50,456 nucleotides of DNA from Eledone cirrhosa. Lineage: Eukaryota. The notes under the pieces are model-generated. The model searched no databases. It was not told the origin of the DNA and saw nothing but the letters and a program-made list of their open reading frames with translations. The stretch covers positions 1 through 50,456 of the forward strand of contig CAXHJY010000174.1 in the NCBI GenBank assembly GCA_964016885.1, read 5' to 3'. Of this stretch, positions 1-20,400 are shown piece by piece (the first letter of the stretch is position 1; each line of letters starts with the position of its first letter). Both the position numbers and the translations under genes were made by a program.

Positions 1-1337
1 TGCCTTACACAGCTGCTACATCACTACGACTGGGTACTGAGACAACTACTAGACAGCTCACATGTAGACGTGATATATCTTGACTTTGCGAAGGCCTTTG
101 ACAAGGTCGACACGGAATGATATGTCACAAACTACACGGACTCGGCATAACTGGAAAAGTAGGTGAGTGGCTGCATGGCTTCCTAAGGGACAGAAGCCAG
201 GCAGTCGCAGCAAATGGGGCCCTCTCGAGGGAAACACCGATAACAAGTGGGGTGCCTCAGGGGACAGTCCTGGGACCACTACTGTTTTTGGTGGCTCTCT
301 CGGACATGCCCTCTGTGGTGCATGCAACAACATCCCTCACTAGCTATGCTGATGACACTAAGGTAGCACAGGCAATCAAAAACCCGGCTGACGCTGCCCT
401 CTTACAGCAGGATCTGGATGCCATATACAGATGGCGGAAGAAAACAACATGCAGTTTAATGCTGGCAAATTCCAAGCCCTACAATACAAACCTGCAAACA
501 CAAACACAAATATAGCGGAACACAGCTACACAGGACCAGGAGGGACCGATATCCCCGTGTCAAAATCGATACGAGACCTGGGCATAGACATGAGTGATGA
601 TGCATCTTTTTCTTCACACATCATGAAGGTGGCGACAGCATGTAGACGATTCGCTGGCTGGATCTTGAGGACTTTCCTTACAAGAGATCGAGACACCATG
701 TTGACACTGTGGAGGACCTTTGTCCTAAGCCGCCTGGACTACTGCTCCCAGCTGTGGTCACCCCATAGTGTCAAACTAACCACAGAGCTTGAGGCAATCC
801 AGCGAAGCTACACCAAGAGGATTGCCAAGATGAGGGAGACAAGCTACTGGGAGAGGCTGAGGGAACTGAACCTCTACTCCTTGGAGCGAAGACGGGAGAG
901 ATACGCAGTGATCTACATGTGGAAAATCCTGGAGGGACTAGCACCAAACTTTGGCATTGGGAGCTGGACCAACCGTCGAACAGGATATCACTGTGTGGTG
1001 CCAAAGGTCCCGTCTTCCACATCTAGAATAAGGAGCAGGTATTGCAATAGCCTGGGATTCAAGGGCCCTCAACTCTTCAACAGGCTGCCGAGGCATCTGC
1101 GAGACTTGCATGACGTGGAGGTGGATGTCTTTAAGAAACATCTCGACACCTTGTTATCCAGGATCCCGGATGAGCCCACAGCAAGACACGAGGGAAACCT
1201 AAGGGCAGCAGCAACAAACTCCCTCCTACACCAGTGGCCAACCTATACAGGCTGGAGATAAAATGTGTAGCAACAAGGGCGGTGCCCCAGCATGGCCTCA
1301 GCCGGATGGCTGAAACAGGTAAAAGAGTAAAAGAGTA
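1..1337 (+). mobile_element. CR1/L2-group LINE, 3' part (RT domain, C-terminus and 3' tail); runs off the window start; two frameshifts
   Basis: Frame from base 1 gives VIYLDFAKAFDKVD. ORF 117-515 has SGVPQGTVLGPLLFL and YADDTK. ORF 431-1261 has SRLDYCSQLWSPH and LYSLERRRER, typical of CR1/L2-group C-termini. Frameshifts near 112 and 434. Ends in GGTGCCCCAGCATGG...GTAAAAGAGTAAAAGAG, then (TA)n. Confidence 0.9.
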
Positions 1338-1352
1338 TATATATATACACAC

Positions 1353-1443
<91 letters not shown>

Positions 1444-1452
1444 CATATATAT

Positions 1453-3824
1453 ATCATCATCATCATCATCATCAACGTTTAACGTCCGTGTTCCACGCTT
1501 GCATGGGTTTGGACGAGGGGGTAGTCCCACTTGAGGCAAGAGTGATTGTCTTGCTCGCATAGGACTGTCTGGCAGGTTTTCTACAGTTGGATGCCCTTCC
1601 TAACACCAACCACATTTACAGTGTGGGTCTGGGAGGTTTTTACCGTGTTGCCTACACGGCCACATTACAGCGTGGACTGTGTGTTTTTTTTGTCGTGACA
1701 CCTACACGATCTCATTTGTTTCGGCCTGGATGGCGCGGCACCAACATAACTTTACATAGAACGGGGTGGTGTGGATGGGTGGGGGGTGGTGGCGGGACGG
1801 GGTGTATTTTGTTAGAGATGCCTACTGGCAAGGCGGGTCTTCTCTGTTACTGAGTACCGCCAAAGGTCTCGGTCCAGTGACATTGTCTTGGAGAGGTGTA
1901 AGTGTGTGAGGTCGGAGTTTATCAGCTCGTCCAGGTTTTTCTAGGTCTGCCTATTCCGTGGCTACCGTCTATCTTTATTGCCCTGCACTTTGTTATACAG
2001 CTATCGACTTTCATGCGCATCACGTGTCCATACCAACGTAGCCTTCTCTCGAGGTAAACAACATCTGATCCCTCTTATCTCTAATTTTTTCCTTAGTTCG
2101 TTTATGCTTTGCCGTTCACGTATATTACTGTTACACATCCAGCGGAGCATGCAAGCTTCGTTCCTCTCTAGTCTGCGTATATCCTCTGCACACAATGCCC
2201 AGGTCTCACTGCCATGCAACATTGCTGTTCGTATGCAGGCATCGTACAACCTGCCTTTCATTTTTAGGGAGAACCCTTTAGCAGCTAATAGTGGTATAAG
2301 CTCTCTGAACTTTTTCCAACCAGTTCTGACTCTAGCTACAGTACTTTCAGAGCACCCTCCCCCCACTGCTGATTTTATCGCCCAGGTAACGGAAGCTGTC
2401 CACTATTTCTATAGAACCCTCTGCGCAATTGAAAGAGCTAGTATTTTGTGGGCACTTGCTGCTACTTATTGCACCAGAACACCGGCCACATGTAAAATCT
2501 ATGTTCTTAGTTAGCTTACCTGTGATCCCACTACATCTTTTATGCTCCCATACTTTGCATTTAGGACATAAAATGGAGTTTCTACCTACGCCTTTCCTAC
2601 ACACCGAGCACGACCATTTCCCAGAAGGGACCGCCGCCTTGTTTTCTTTCCTACAAACTAGAACTTTGGTCTTAGCCAGGTTAATTTTAAGTCCTTTTGA
2701 CTCTAGGCCGTGCTTCCATGTTTGGAATTTCTTCTCTAGCTCGGCCATTGATTCCGCTATGAGTGTCAGGTCGTCTGCGTATAGGAGTTCCCATGGGCAG
2801 CCTGTCTTGAACTCCTCTGTTATAGCCTGAAGGGCAATAATAAATAGTAGGGGGCTGAGAACAGAGCCCTGATGGACGCCAACTTTTACGCTAAACTCTT
2901 CACTATATTCGTTGTTAATTCTAACCTTGCTGACTGTTTCTTTATACATGGCTTGTATAGCCCTCACAAGCCATTCGTCAACGCCTAGTTTTCTAAGAGC
3001 CCACCAGATAATGGAGCGGGGGACTCTGTCGAAGGCTTTCTCCAAGTCGACAAAAGCTAAGTATAGGGGTTTACCTTTAGCTAGGAACTTCTCCTGTAGT
3101 TGTCGTACTATGAAAAGAGCGTCTGTGGTACTTTTGCCTGACACAAACCCGAACTGCATTTCATCTAGGTCAATTCTCTCTCTGATTAGTTGCGCTATTA
3201 CTTTTTCCGTGACCTTCATGACCTGGTCGATTAATTTAATGCCTCTATAGTTACTCCTATCTAGGGCGTCTCCTTTACCCTTATAACAGTTAACGATGAT
3301 GCTGCTATGCCAGTCCTTCGGAACAACCCCATTCTGTACGACATGGTTAACTATGCGAGTGACCATGGTGTGTCCCACCGTGCCAGATGCCTTCAGCATC
3401 TCAGCAACTATTTCCGAAGGCCCAGCCGCCTTACCTGTCTTCATATCCTTGATTGCCTTACTTATTATACTCCCCTCGACTAACACTGCTGGTCCCTCTA
3501 TTGGGTCGATATGGGGGAGACTGTCTTTCTCCCATTTATTCTCCTCATTTAGTAGCCTTTCATAGTGACACTTCCAAGCTACCTTCTTATCAGTGTCGGT
3601 GATGGCAAGTATGCCATCATCATTAAGTACACACTTCTCCCCTACAATATCACGGTTTTCCTTGACGCATTGCCTAGCAATCCTGAACACCTCACGTTTT
3701 TGGTCATCGCGTTGTAGGACATGCTTGAACTTTCTTTCCTCAGCTTCCCTTCTTGCTAAGTACACTTCTCTCCTGGCCACTTGATAGTCTACTCTACTTC
3801 CCCCATCCCGCCATACTTTCCAAG
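1453..3824 (-). mobile_element. RTE-clade LINE, 5'-truncated copy (RT with PHD insertion, 3' UTR, (ATG)n tail)
   Basis: The non-repetitive part of ORF 2347-4293 has [37 protein letters not shown] and LLYADD, and continues in ORF 2001-2366 (MLHGSETW). Closely similar by eye to 40231-42607. Ends in CGGACGTTAAACGTTG(ATG)n. Confidence 0.95.
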
Positions 3825-8738
<4,914 letters not shown>

Positions 8739-9872
8739 CAGATTCCGGAATCTGGACAGCATGATCTGTTAATTAAGAACCGACTGGATACGGTTTATAG
8801 CTTGATTATATGCTGAACCATCGCGAATTACACGATAGACACGGGTTCTCTATATATATATATTGCGTCTCATGGATTATGTGAGTGGTGGTGTGAGCGA
8901 AGACAGTGGTACGGCTTTGCCTACGATACAATAAGGTTTATAGTATGTTGAAAGTTCTTGATATTTTGGTGTTTCCCTGCATCCGAGACTGTATATCATA
9001 CAGATGTATGAGAATATATGACTTAATAATTCAGCCCACATAATAAGATCGATTGCCTGCTTCAACTGCCTGACCCTGCAAATATCATTCTGACGCACTC
9101 AATCCTGTATTAATAAGACACGCGTGCATGCTACACGTGAGATTGTTTCATACACTGACTACTCTAAACTTTCCTCTTGCTTCATCTTCATAGACTGCCA
9201 ACGCTTCATGTTTATCTTTATTTTCATTCTTGTTTTTATTTTATTTTTATCCTGTAACCATTATATGTAAATTGCCATGCTATATCATTTGATGAATGTC
9301 ACCCCACTGTTGATCAATATGCGCATATGTTTTATGTGTCTCTTGGGTTTATTCCTTTACTTTTTGCATAGGTAAGTATATATTACCCGTATGTTTTGTG
9401 AAGGTATGTATACCTTCTCGTACGTATATTTGACTGTTTTGGCGTATAATTTTTACATATTCTGGTATTTAGGGCTTGGTTATGTGTATATGGGAGTTTT
9501 GCGTCTGCGTGAGTATGCAGGTTCGTACGTATGGTGGGTGTGTGTATATGTGTACTTCTTGTTTTAGTTGACTTACGTCTCCGAACCTTCATGTATTTAT
9601 TTGTAGGTATGTGCATGCGCTTGTTATATACGTACTTATTTACTTATATACGTTTATATAATTATTTATTTATTTGTACACAAGTATACACACATACACA
9701 TATTTATATGTGCGTGGTTTTGTATACCTATGGTAAGGTTTTGCGTATGCTTGTGTATGTACGTATCTGTTTGCGTGTATGTATTTATTTGTTCCTATTA
9801 CTTCTGTATTGTATTTATTTACTTTGTTCTTAACTCTGATGCGGAGATTCATTCGGTCTCCTAGTTAGAATT

Positions 9873-10140
9873 TTAGTCTACGACTTCTGCTATACCATTT
9901 ACGTGGTTTTGTCTTTGCACGCTATTGTTCTCCACGCTCCACATAAGACTTATTATCCTCGTTTTTTCGTTCATTGCCAGAGAACGTCTCTATGCACCAC
10001 TTAGAGAACATTAGTCTACGACCTCTTTTATACCATAAACGTGGTTCTGTCGTTGCACGTAATTGTTTTTCACCGCTGCTATTAATGACGTATTATTCGT
10101 TTTTTCCTGTTCTTTGCCAGCGAACGTCACCATGAACCAA
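9873..10140 (+). repeat. Diverged direct tandem duplication, period 138 bp
   Basis: TTAGTCTACGAC...TATACCAT...ACGTGGTT..GTC.TTGCACG...TTGCCAG.GAACGTC starts at 9873 and again at 10011. Confidence 0.85.
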
Positions 10141-10217
10141 AGTATCGTCTTCCCGTCTTCCTCCGGTTGCAACGTTTTTTGAAATATCCAGTTCTGCGTT
10201 TACAGATTGACTTTGTT

Positions 10218-10268
10218 AGTTTCAGAAGATCCCGTTAAGGGTGAAAGCAGCGATTCTTTGCTTAAACT
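10218..10268 (+). ncRNA. Type I hammerhead ribozyme-like motif with a core substitution (CAGAAGA for CUGAAGA)
   Basis: Stem I AGTTT/AAACT; stem II CCC-GTTAA-GGG; GAAA; stem III AGCAG/TTGCT; CUU triplet. Followed by AATAAA and the TA array. Confidence 0.55.
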
Positions 10269-10289
10269 TTAATGTGTTATTTTAATAAA

Positions 10290-12330
<2,041 letters not shown>

Positions 12331-12485
12331 ATACACGGGTGTGTATGATTGTGTATAGAAGATTATATTAATAAGAGGAATTCCAACTTTGTCTGATTTA
12401 CTCGTTTTATTTACAATCCTTTAAAATATATATAATGGTATTATAATGAAATAGTATGATAGAATATTAAATTCTAAGTGTTAAT

Positions 12486-12524
12486 TGAACAAGTACTTTC
12501 ATGCTTTCGCAATCTTCAGGTTCA
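12486..12524 (-). ncRNA. Minimal type I hammerhead ribozyme in the PLE 3' region (left arm)
   Basis: Exact reverse complement of 15477-15515. Confidence 0.85.
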
Positions 12525-12896
12525 TGAAATGTGGTGACAGTCGAGTTTGCAATTTTCAACTGTAATGAGATGGGTAAATTTCCTACCTTTTATACATTTT
12601 ATACAGAGAAAAGTGGCTCCAGAATGCAAAGCCCTGTAAACTGTATTTCGACCAATCAGTGTGTAGTTTCACTGAATTACTACAGCTGATTGGTTTAAGC
12701 GTCACGGCTGGTTGAGCATGCTAACGACCAATAGTCATATCCAACGTATCAATTGTTTTGCTTTTTTGAAATGATGAAAATAGCATTTTCTATTAATCAT
12801 CACCATCAACATCACTTTTATTATTATTATTATTGTTGTTGTTGTTGTTAGTGGTCGTGGTCATAGTGGTAGTAGAAGTAATACCCCTAGGCGTTA

Positions 12897-14022
12897 TTAT
12901 TGTTCATTTAGCTTGGGTTTGAATTTATCAATAAAATTCTTTTCTTTGATTTTTCTCTTGATTTCATTTGGGCTGTGTAATTTGTAGAATGGGAATATTA
13001 TAAATATTCCCTGACCACATGTTGCCAGGTGGCCGCTTAGGGGTATCTGACGGACATTTGGGTCTCTGATTTGTTGACGGTGTACCCGTGCACGTTCCGA
13101 TAGTGCATTTCCAGTTTGACCGACATATAGTTCTTCACAATTCGGGCATTTAATGCAGTAAATTAGATTTCTGCTTTTGCAGTTCATATTTGCATTTGTG
13201 AATATTTTTCCAGTTTTTGTTTTCATATATTGACCGGCGTGTATGGATTGACATGTGCCGCATCGATTATCATTGCATTTAGATACAGTGAATGATTGGT
13301 CTTTGTTGTTAAGGTCAAACTTTGCTTTTGTTAGCAATTGCTTCAAATTTTTTGGCTGTCTTTTACTAAGAGTCAAAGATCGATCTGTGATTAAGCCTTT
13401 TAATTCATTACTTTGAGCAATGATCGGTAGGTTTGCTTTGGCAGTGTTGAAGATATTCTGGTGACATGGGTTGTGTGTCATTATAAATGGTATGACCAGT
13501 TCTTGGTTTCTTCTTCTTTGGGTTGTTCTAAGTTGTTGTATAGGTATTTTTATAGCCCGCTGTATGCCATTTTCTATAAGTAGAGATGGGTATTTTTGTT
13601 TGAGCAAAAATTCTCTTAGTTCTGTTAGGCGTTTGTACCTGGTATTCGTATCTTCTACAATGGTACAAATTCTTCTGGCTAGGCAGTATGGGATGTTGCG
13701 TTTTGTATGAGGTGGATGGCACGACTTAAAATTCAGATATTGATGGGTGTCTGTGTGTTTATAATATATATCCGTGGTAATGGTGGTGTCGTTTTTGATT
13801 ATCATTATATCTAGGAATGGTAATTTGGTCCTACTCATCTCTTTTGTGAATTGGAGAGATGGGTGTAGGTTATTCAGGAGGATATTGAACTCATCCAGAG
13901 TATCTAAAGATTCTGTCCAGATGATGAAACAGTCGTCAAGGTATCTCTTCCAAGATTTTTCAATGTACTTTCTAAAGTCAGTACTATATTTTTCCTCTAT
14001 TTCTTGGTAGAGTTGTTGTTCT
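12897..14022 (-). pseudogene. Penelope-like RT C-terminus and GIY-YIG endonuclease, 5'-truncated (left arm)
   Basis: ORF 12897-13838, extendable upstream through EQQLYQEIEEKYSTDFRKYIEKSWKRYLDDCF. Contains LPFLD, YYKHT, SCHPPH, KCNDNRCGTC linker and NLIYCIKCPNCEELYVGQT. Confidence 0.9.
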
Positions 14023-15104
14023 ACTTTAGAAAGTACATTGAAAAATCTTGGAAGAGATACCTTGACGACTGTTTCATCATCTGGACAGAATCTTTAGATA
14101 CTCTGGATGAGTTCAATATCCTCCTGAATAACCTACACCCATCTCTCCAATTCACAAAAGAGATGAGTAGGACCAAATTACCATTCCTAGATATAATGAT
14201 AATCAAAAACGACACCACCATTACCACGGATATATATTATAAACACACAGACACCCATCAATATCTGAATTTTAAGTCGTGCCATCCACCTCATACAAAA
14301 CGCAACATCCCATACTGCCTAGCCAGAAGAATTTGTACCATTGTAGAAGATACGAATACCAGGTACAAACGCCTAACAGAACTAAGAGAATTTTTGCTCA
14401 AACAAAAATACCCATCTCTACTTATAGAAAATGGCATACAGCGGGCTATAAAAATACCTATACAACAACTTAGAACAACCCAAAGAAGAAGAAACCAAGA
14501 ACTGGTCATACCATTTATAATGACACACAACCCATGTCACCAGAATATCTTCAACACTGCCAAAGCAAACCTACCGATCATTGCTCAAAGTAATGAATTA
14601 AAAGGCTTAATCACAGATCGATCTTTGACTCTTAGTAAAAGACAGCCAAAAAATTTGAAGCAATTGCTAACAAAAGCAAAGTTTGACCTTAACAACAAAG
14701 ACCAATCATTCACTGTATCTAAATGCAATGATAATCGATGCGGCACATGTCAATCCATACACGCCGGTCAATATATGAAAACAAAAACTGGAAAAATATT
14801 CACAAATGCAAATATGAACTGCAAAAGCAGAAATCTAATTTACTGCATTAAATGCCCGAATTGTGAAGAACTATATGTCGGTCAAACTGGAAATGCACTA
14901 TCGGAACGTGCACGGGTACACCGTCAACAAATCAGAGACCCAAATGTCCGTCAGATACCCCTAAGCGGCCACCTGGCAACATGTGGTCAGGGAATATTTA
15001 TAATATTCCCATTCTACAAATTACACAGCCCAAATGAAATCAAGAGAAAAATCAAAGAAAAGAATTTTATTGATAAATTCAAACCCAAGCTAAATGAACA
15101 ATAA
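14023..15104 (+). pseudogene. Penelope-like RT C-terminus and GIY-YIG endonuclease, 5'-truncated (right arm)
   Basis: ORF 14004-15104 with RYLDDCF, LPFLD, LIY-x10-YVG and C/H zinc ligands. Translation identical to the left arm; the first codons come from the spacer and are not real. Confidence 0.9.
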
Positions 15105-15476
15105 TAACGCCTAGGGGTATTACTTCTACTACCACTATGACCATGACCACTAACAACAACAACAACAATAATAATAATAATAAAAGTGATGTTGATGGTG
15201 ATGATTAATAGAAAATGCTATTTTCATCATTTCAAAAAAGCAAAACAATTGATACGTTGGATATGACTATTGGTCGTTAGCATGCTCAACCAGCCGTGAC
15301 GCTTAAACCAATCAGCTGTAGTAATTCAGTGAAACTACACACTGATTGGTCGAAATACAGTTTACAGGGCTTTGCATTCTGGAGCCACTTTTCTCTGTAT
15401 AAAATGTATAAAAGGTAGGAAATTTACCCATCTCATTACAGTTGAAAATTGCAAACTCGACTGTCACCACATTTCA

Positions 15477-15515
15477 TGAACCTGAAGATTGCGAAAGCAT
15501 GAAAGTACTTGTTCA
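15477..15515 (+). ncRNA. Minimal type I hammerhead ribozyme in the PLE 3' region (right arm)
   Basis: TGAAC-CTGAAGA-TTGC GAAA GCAT-GAAA-GTAC-TT-GTTCA: stem I TGAAC/GTTCA, intact core, palindromic AAGTACTT stem III, predicted cut after 15510. Minimal hammerheads are known in PLE pseudo-LTRs. Confidence 0.85.
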
Positions 15516-15637
15516 ATTAACACTTAGAATTTAATATTCTATCATACTATTTCATTATAATACCATTATATATATTTTAAAGGATTGTAAATAAAACGAG
15601 TAAATCAGACAAAGTTGGAATTCCTCTTATTAATATA

Positions 15638-16434
<797 letters not shown>

Positions 16435-16988
16435 TAAGGACGGGTTGGAAGAAGTTTAGGGAGCTGCTTCCTCTGTTGACGAAGAAGGGTTTCTCCCTGC
16501 GTACGAAAGGCCGGTTGTATGATGCCTGTGTGAGGAGCGCGATGCTGCATGGTAGTGAGACATGGGCAGCTACCGCAGAAGATATGCGACGGCTGGAGAG
16601 AAATGAGGCAAGCATGCTCCGTTGGATGTGCAGTGTAAATGTGCGTGAACGACCCAGCATAAATGTGTTGAGAGAGAAACTGTGTCTGAGAGGGATAGAA
16701 TGTAGTGTACGGGAGAGGAGACTGAGGTGGTATGGACATGTGATGCGCATGGAGGATGACCGATGGGTGAAGAAGTGCCAGGAAATGCCAGTTGAAGGAA
16801 GACGTAGTAGAGGTAGACCACGAAAAACATGGGCGGAGGTGGTGAGAACAGACCTCAGATCATTGAAGCTCACGGTGGAGATGACGAGGGACCGTGACGA
16901 GTGGAGAGATGCTGTGCTGAATAAGACCCGTCCCACCCTTGCAAGCAGGGAAAAGCGGACGTAAAATGATGATGATGATGATGATGAT
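16435..16988 (+). mobile_element. RTE-clade LINE, heavily 5'-truncated, with (GAT)n tail (second family)
   Basis: ORF 16476-16964 has [29 protein letters not shown] and [12 protein letters not shown]; the stop codon is followed directly by (ATG)n. Confidence 0.92.
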
Positions 16989-17060
16989 ATATATATATAC
17001 ACACACACGCACGCACATAAGCATATCTACACACACACACACACAAACACACGATAGCAA

Positions 17061-17417
17061 CTAACAGTGCTGCGATCGAATGTGGCTTTTTAGCCCAGCC
17101 AATGATCTAAAATGTCTTGCACAGAGTCGGCAACCAAAACATTTACTGGGAATAGTCGGCTGTGGTTGGAGTTCGTGTACTTTTGCATGTCGCTTGAGTC
17201 TTCCTGCTGATTTACATTCTCTACCACATGTTTGGCAAGCATGATGAGTAGCATCTCCAACAGCAGCCTGGTAGTCAACCACTGGTCTTACTTTATGACT
17301 GCGAAGATGACTTTCGAGTCCAGCTTTGCTCAGGCAGAGTCTCGCACAGACGCTGCATGTCAGAAACATAGGAGGACCCTCGCCGTCTGGAAGTGCAACA
17401 GCAATACCCTTCCTCAC
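17061..17417 (-). CDS. Frameshifted C-terminus of the LINE ORF with three C2H2 zinc fingers
   Basis: CSVC-x12-HLRSH, CQTC-x12-HAKVH, CRLC-x12-HIRSQH; overlaps the upstream stop; one extra G at 17420-17421 would fuse the frames. Confidence 0.8.
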   Translation of the reverse strand: MRKGIAVALPDGEGPPMFLTCSVCARLCLSKAGLESHLRSHKVRPVVDYQAAVGDATHHACQTCGRECKSAGRLKRHAKVHELQPQPTIPSKCFGCRLCARHFRSLAGLKSHIRSQHC

Positions 17418-20400
17418 GTCCGCTTTACTTTCTCGTGTGCGATTCGAGATGCCTCAAAGGCAACTTTTCCCTCATATACAGTCTTTCTCCATTTATTACG
17501 ATCAGCAGCAATATTTTCCCATGTATCAGCAGAGATGTTAGCGTCTTTCAGAGAGGCCTTCAAGGAATCCTTATACCTCTTTTTTGGTTTATGTGGCGGT
17601 CGTTTTCCTTTAACCAACTCTCCATAGAAGAGTTGTTTTGGTATTCTAGAATCCTTCATCCTGGCAAGGTGACCACTCCAACGGAGTCGCTGCCTAAGCA
17701 CAAGAGCTTCTATACTGTCACACATAGAGCTTTCCAAAATCTCGACATCACTGATGTGGTCCCTCCAGCGAACGCCATGTATCCGTCTGAGACACATCTG
17801 ATGGAAACGCTCCAATTGCTTAAGGTGGCGTCGATATGTGACCCAGGTCTCGCAGGCATAAAGAAGACAAGAGAGTACACATGCCCTGTACACCTTTACC
17901 TTTGTCCTCCTGCATATGTCTCGCCGACCCCAGAGTCGCCTTTCTAGCTTTCCGAAAGCATCACTTGCTTTCCTAATCCTAAGTGAGATCTCACTGTCAA
18001 GGTTGCCGTATCGATTGACAGTGCTTCCCAGGTAGACAAACTGATCAACCACTCCAAGTCGTTTGCCATACACATAGATGTTTGGTTCAGTGTACTGCCT
18101 ACCAGGTGCAGGTTGGTACATGACGACGGTTTTCTTGAGACTGACAGTCAAACCCAGGGCAGTGCAAGCGTCAGAAAATACATTCAAAATGTGCTGCATA
18201 TCACTCTCTGTGTGCGCTACAAGATCGCAATCATCTGCATACAAGAGGTCTCTTATGACTGATGTAAATACTTTTGTCTTCGCAGCAAAGCGCCTGATGT
18301 TAAATATGCTGCCTGAGGTTCGATATCGGATGTAAACACCATGCTCGCAATTCCTGAATGCAATACAGAAAACCATTGCAAAGTATATGGCAAACAGGGT
18401 CGGTGCTGGAATATCCCCCTGTTTCACTCCATTTTTTACTGAGATAGGCTCCGACATGTTACCTCCGACATTAACCCAAGCCTTCATGTCGTCATGGAAA
18501 GACCTAACTAAAGCAAGGAACTTATCAGGGCAACCAAGTTTCTGGAGAACCTTCCATAATGCATCTCTGTTGACAGTATCGAAAGCCTTTGTCAGATCGA
18601 CAAAAACCTGATACAGATCCAAGCCCTGTTCAATGCACTTCTCCTGGAGCTGTCTAGCTGAGAAGATCATATCAGTAGTGCCGCGTCCAACACGAAAACC
18701 AGATTGACTTTCAGGAAGGACACAATCTGCAATGTGTGTCAGCAGACGGTCCAGAAGCACCCTACATAAAACTTTCCCCACGACAGAAAGCAATGATATA
18801 CCTCTGTAGTTCCCACAATCATTCCTGTTACCCTTTCCCTTGTACAAGACCACCATTACTGCATCTCTCCAGTCCTCAGGCACGGATTCATTAGCCCATA
18901 TCCTTCCAAACAGAGAGTGAAGATGTTGCAGGAGTCTCTCACCACCATATTGTAGGAGCTCAGCATGTATGCCATCCATACCTGGAGATCTTCCACTGTT
19001 CAGCTTCGAAATAGCCACTGCAACCTCCACAAGTGTCGGAGGTTCTGCGAGAGCTACTTTCACAGGACTTTCCGGAATGAGATTGAGGAAATCTTCACTG
19101 ACGACAGACGGCTGATTCAAAAGATCATCAAAGTGCTCTCGCCACCTTCGTAGAATTCCCTGTGAGTCACGAAGAAGTTCTTTGCCATCCTTGCTGCGAA
19201 TCGGTGTCACCAGAGAAGAAGACGGTCCATAAACCTCACGCAAGAGACTGTACAACAGCTTTGTGTTATTGCAATCAGACGCAGTTTGTATCTCACCAGC
19301 CTTCTCACTCCACCACTGATCCTTCATCTGAGAAAGACTCCGCCTAACACGTGATTTTACATCCCTGAGCTCCTCATGCAACGTATTCCTCTCCTGTGGT
19401 CTTGCCGTCAAGTAGCGTGACAGAGCGCGCCTCTTATCAGCCAACAAGTCATCTATATGCACATCCTTCTCATCAAACCAGTCCTGATGTTTTCTCTGCA
19501 CCAATCCCAGAACACGTCTGCCTACATCATAAACCGACTTTTTAAGAGTCGGCCAATCCTCACCAAGATCTGCAGCCTGCATCTCTTCTTCCAATGTGCT
19601 CTTCACATTTTTATCCTTAAGACGAGCAGCATTCAATCTTTTGGGCAGGGCAACACCAGGAGCCCGGATTTTACGTTTGGTGATTAGATTCACTTTTGCG
19701 CGTACCAGGCGGTGGTCCGTCCAGCACTCAGCTCCACGAAGAACACGAACACACTGCACATCCTGTCTGTCACGCATCCTGACTAGGACGTAGTCCAAAA
19801 GATGCCATTCCTTAGATGCAGGATGCATCCATGTGGTCTTGAATTTGTTCTTTTGTTGGAACATGGTGCTGGTAACACACAGATCCAGCTCCTCACACAT
19901 CTGCAGCAAGAGCATACCATTGCTGTTACACTTTCCCACCCCATGCCTTCCGATTACATTCCATGTGTTAAAATCCCTACCCACTCTAGCATTAAAGTCA
20001 CCAAGCACGATGACTTTGTCTGCCTGAGGGATATTTCTTAAAACACCTTTCAAGGCATGGTAAAAGGACAGTTTTTCTTCATCGACAGAATTCATAGTTG
20101 GAGCATACACACTCACCAGGGTAGCATATCTTCCCTTGTCCAGCGGAACTCTCATGGACATAAGACGCTCACTAATCCCCACTGGGAATTCTTCCAATTT
20201 ATTCACCAGTACAGTCTTAACAGCAAATCCTACCCCAGCCTCTCTTCTGGTTCCTTCATCTCTTCCTTTCCAGAAGAATGTATATTCTCCATAAAATTCC
20301 GTAAGATGACCATCTCCAGCTAACCTCGTCTCAGACAAAGCCACGATGTCAAGATCGTAACGTCGAAGCTCCTTCGCAACAAGAGCGGTCCTTCGTTCAG

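Larger units (their letters stand above)
12364..15637. mobile_element. Penelope-like element (Neptune-like): two 5'-truncated copies in head-to-head inverted arrangement
   Basis: Arms 12364-13978 and 14023-15637 are reverse complements (one mismatch seen, 12857/15144) around a 44-bp spacer. Each encodes RT C-terminus plus GIY-YIG and carries a 3' hammerhead. Confidence 0.93.
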
